A DNA stretch of 64,000 bases from Leucoraja erinacea (Eukaryota): NCBI RefSeq assembly GCF_028641065.1, contig NC_073399.1, positions 32,612,001 to 32,676,000 of the forward strand, written 5' to 3'. Of this stretch, positions 63,170 through 64,000 are shown piece by piece (the first letter of the stretch is position 1; each line of letters opens with the position of its first letter). The position numbers were made by a program, and so were the translations under genes. The notes under the pieces were generated by a model that searched no databases, was not told the origin of the DNA, and saw only the letters and a list, made by a program, of their open reading frames with translations.

Positions 63170-63711
63170 CAAAAAAAAAACACATTACACCAATTCTTAA
63201 ATCCTTATATTGGCTCCCTGTATGTCAGAGAATTGATTTCAAAATCCTGCTGCTCACCTATAAATCACTACATGGTTTAGGACCAAAGTATATCACTGAC
63301 ATGCTTCCACTATATAAGCCTTCTAGACCGCTAAGATCTTCTGAAACCAATCTGTTAGTGATTCCCAGAGTAAATACAAAACATGGGAAAGCAGGATTTA
63401 GTTACTATGCAACAAATAGCTGGAATAAACTTCCTGAAGATTTAAGACTTGCCCCAACTTTGACCACTTTTAAAACAAGACTGAAAACTTTTATGTTTAC
63501 TTTAGCTTTCAGCTAAATCTTAACTACATTGCACTTTTAACTTTTGCACTTTTTATAATGCATTTTTAATTTTGCTTTTCTTTTCTTTTAATTCTTCTAT
63601 TTTATTTCAATTTATTATTTCATTTTATTGTATGACATGTTTTTATGTGAAGCACTTTGAGTCTGCCTCGTGTATGAAATGTGCTATATATATATAAAGT
63701 TGCCTTGCCTT
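63170..63711 (+). mobile_element. L2 LINE 3' fragment (second, AT-rich family) inserted in an HE1 SINE
   Basis: HITPILKSLYWLPVCQRIDFKILLLTYKSLHGLGPKYI..WNKLP..FKTRLKTFMF; tail tgtgaagcactttgag..aaatgtgctata..(TTGCC)n. Confidence 0.9.
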
Positions 63712-63819
63712 GTGCCACAGTGCTGCCCTCAAATCAATTTCTTCAATCAGTTTAATAATCTTGTTATGTTTTTTATATTTCATGGCATAATATTCGATGA
63801 ATATAAATTAGAAACTTAC

Positions 63820-63950
63820 ATGTCGAATTAACAGAACCAGTGCACAAAGGAAGCTAGCAACGGTAAGAATAATCATTGCAATCATCAGCGGATCCTTAAA
63901 AACAGCAAATGTGCACTTTTCTTCTGTGGCACAGTTATGCTTGGTTTCGT
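63820..63950 (-). CDS. Stalk + transmembrane exon of a CD7-like type I membrane immune receptor: (D)ETKHNCATEEKCTFAVFKDPLMIAMIILTVASFLCALVLLIRH
   Basis: Minus-strand acceptor ttttatcttctcag|AC and donor CAT|gtaagt. The 131-nt exon is phase 1 to phase 0 and encodes a ~22-aa hydrophobic stretch followed by RH. Sequence is unique (non-repeat). Confidence 0.85.
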
Positions 63951-64000
63951 CTGAGAAGATAAAATATAAAAACATATACGTATGTCTTAATTTGTCCATT

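Overview
This is eukaryotic, repeat-dominated intronic/intergenic DNA, most likely from a cartilaginous fish (skate/ray/shark). The taxon call rests on many HE1-like tRNA SINEs and HER1-like CR1 LINEs that share 3' tails. Well over half of the window, by eye, is nested transposable elements: several CR1 families, Rex1/Babar, L2, an Ingi/Vingi-like LINE, Penelope (GIY-YIG plus hammerhead-bearing repeats), hAT, PIF/Harbinger, a Gypsy LTR/gag fragment and a Helitron-like element. Almost all ORFs in the supplied track are TE fragments or chance ORFs. The only well-supported host coding sequence is on the minus strand at the right end: a stalk+transmembrane exon (63820-63950) and a cytoplasmic exon with a YEDM motif (60929-61030). 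Their splice phases and motif match a CD7-like immune receptor whose 5' exons lie beyond the window. Two YY1+RFX X-box modules followed by GTAAGCA donors (about 44.1 kb and 29.3 kb, minus strand) suggest first exons of a further, unidentified gene. Other notable items are many Penelope hammerhead ribozyme cores, a GC-rich non-autonomous retroposon family with Rex1-type tails, TSD-verified hAT and Harbinger elements, and several LINE junctions carrying copied flanking DNA. No rRNA, intact tRNA or CRISPR was found. Family assignments are from motif recognition by eye, and boundaries not fixed by a TSD or splice site are approximate.
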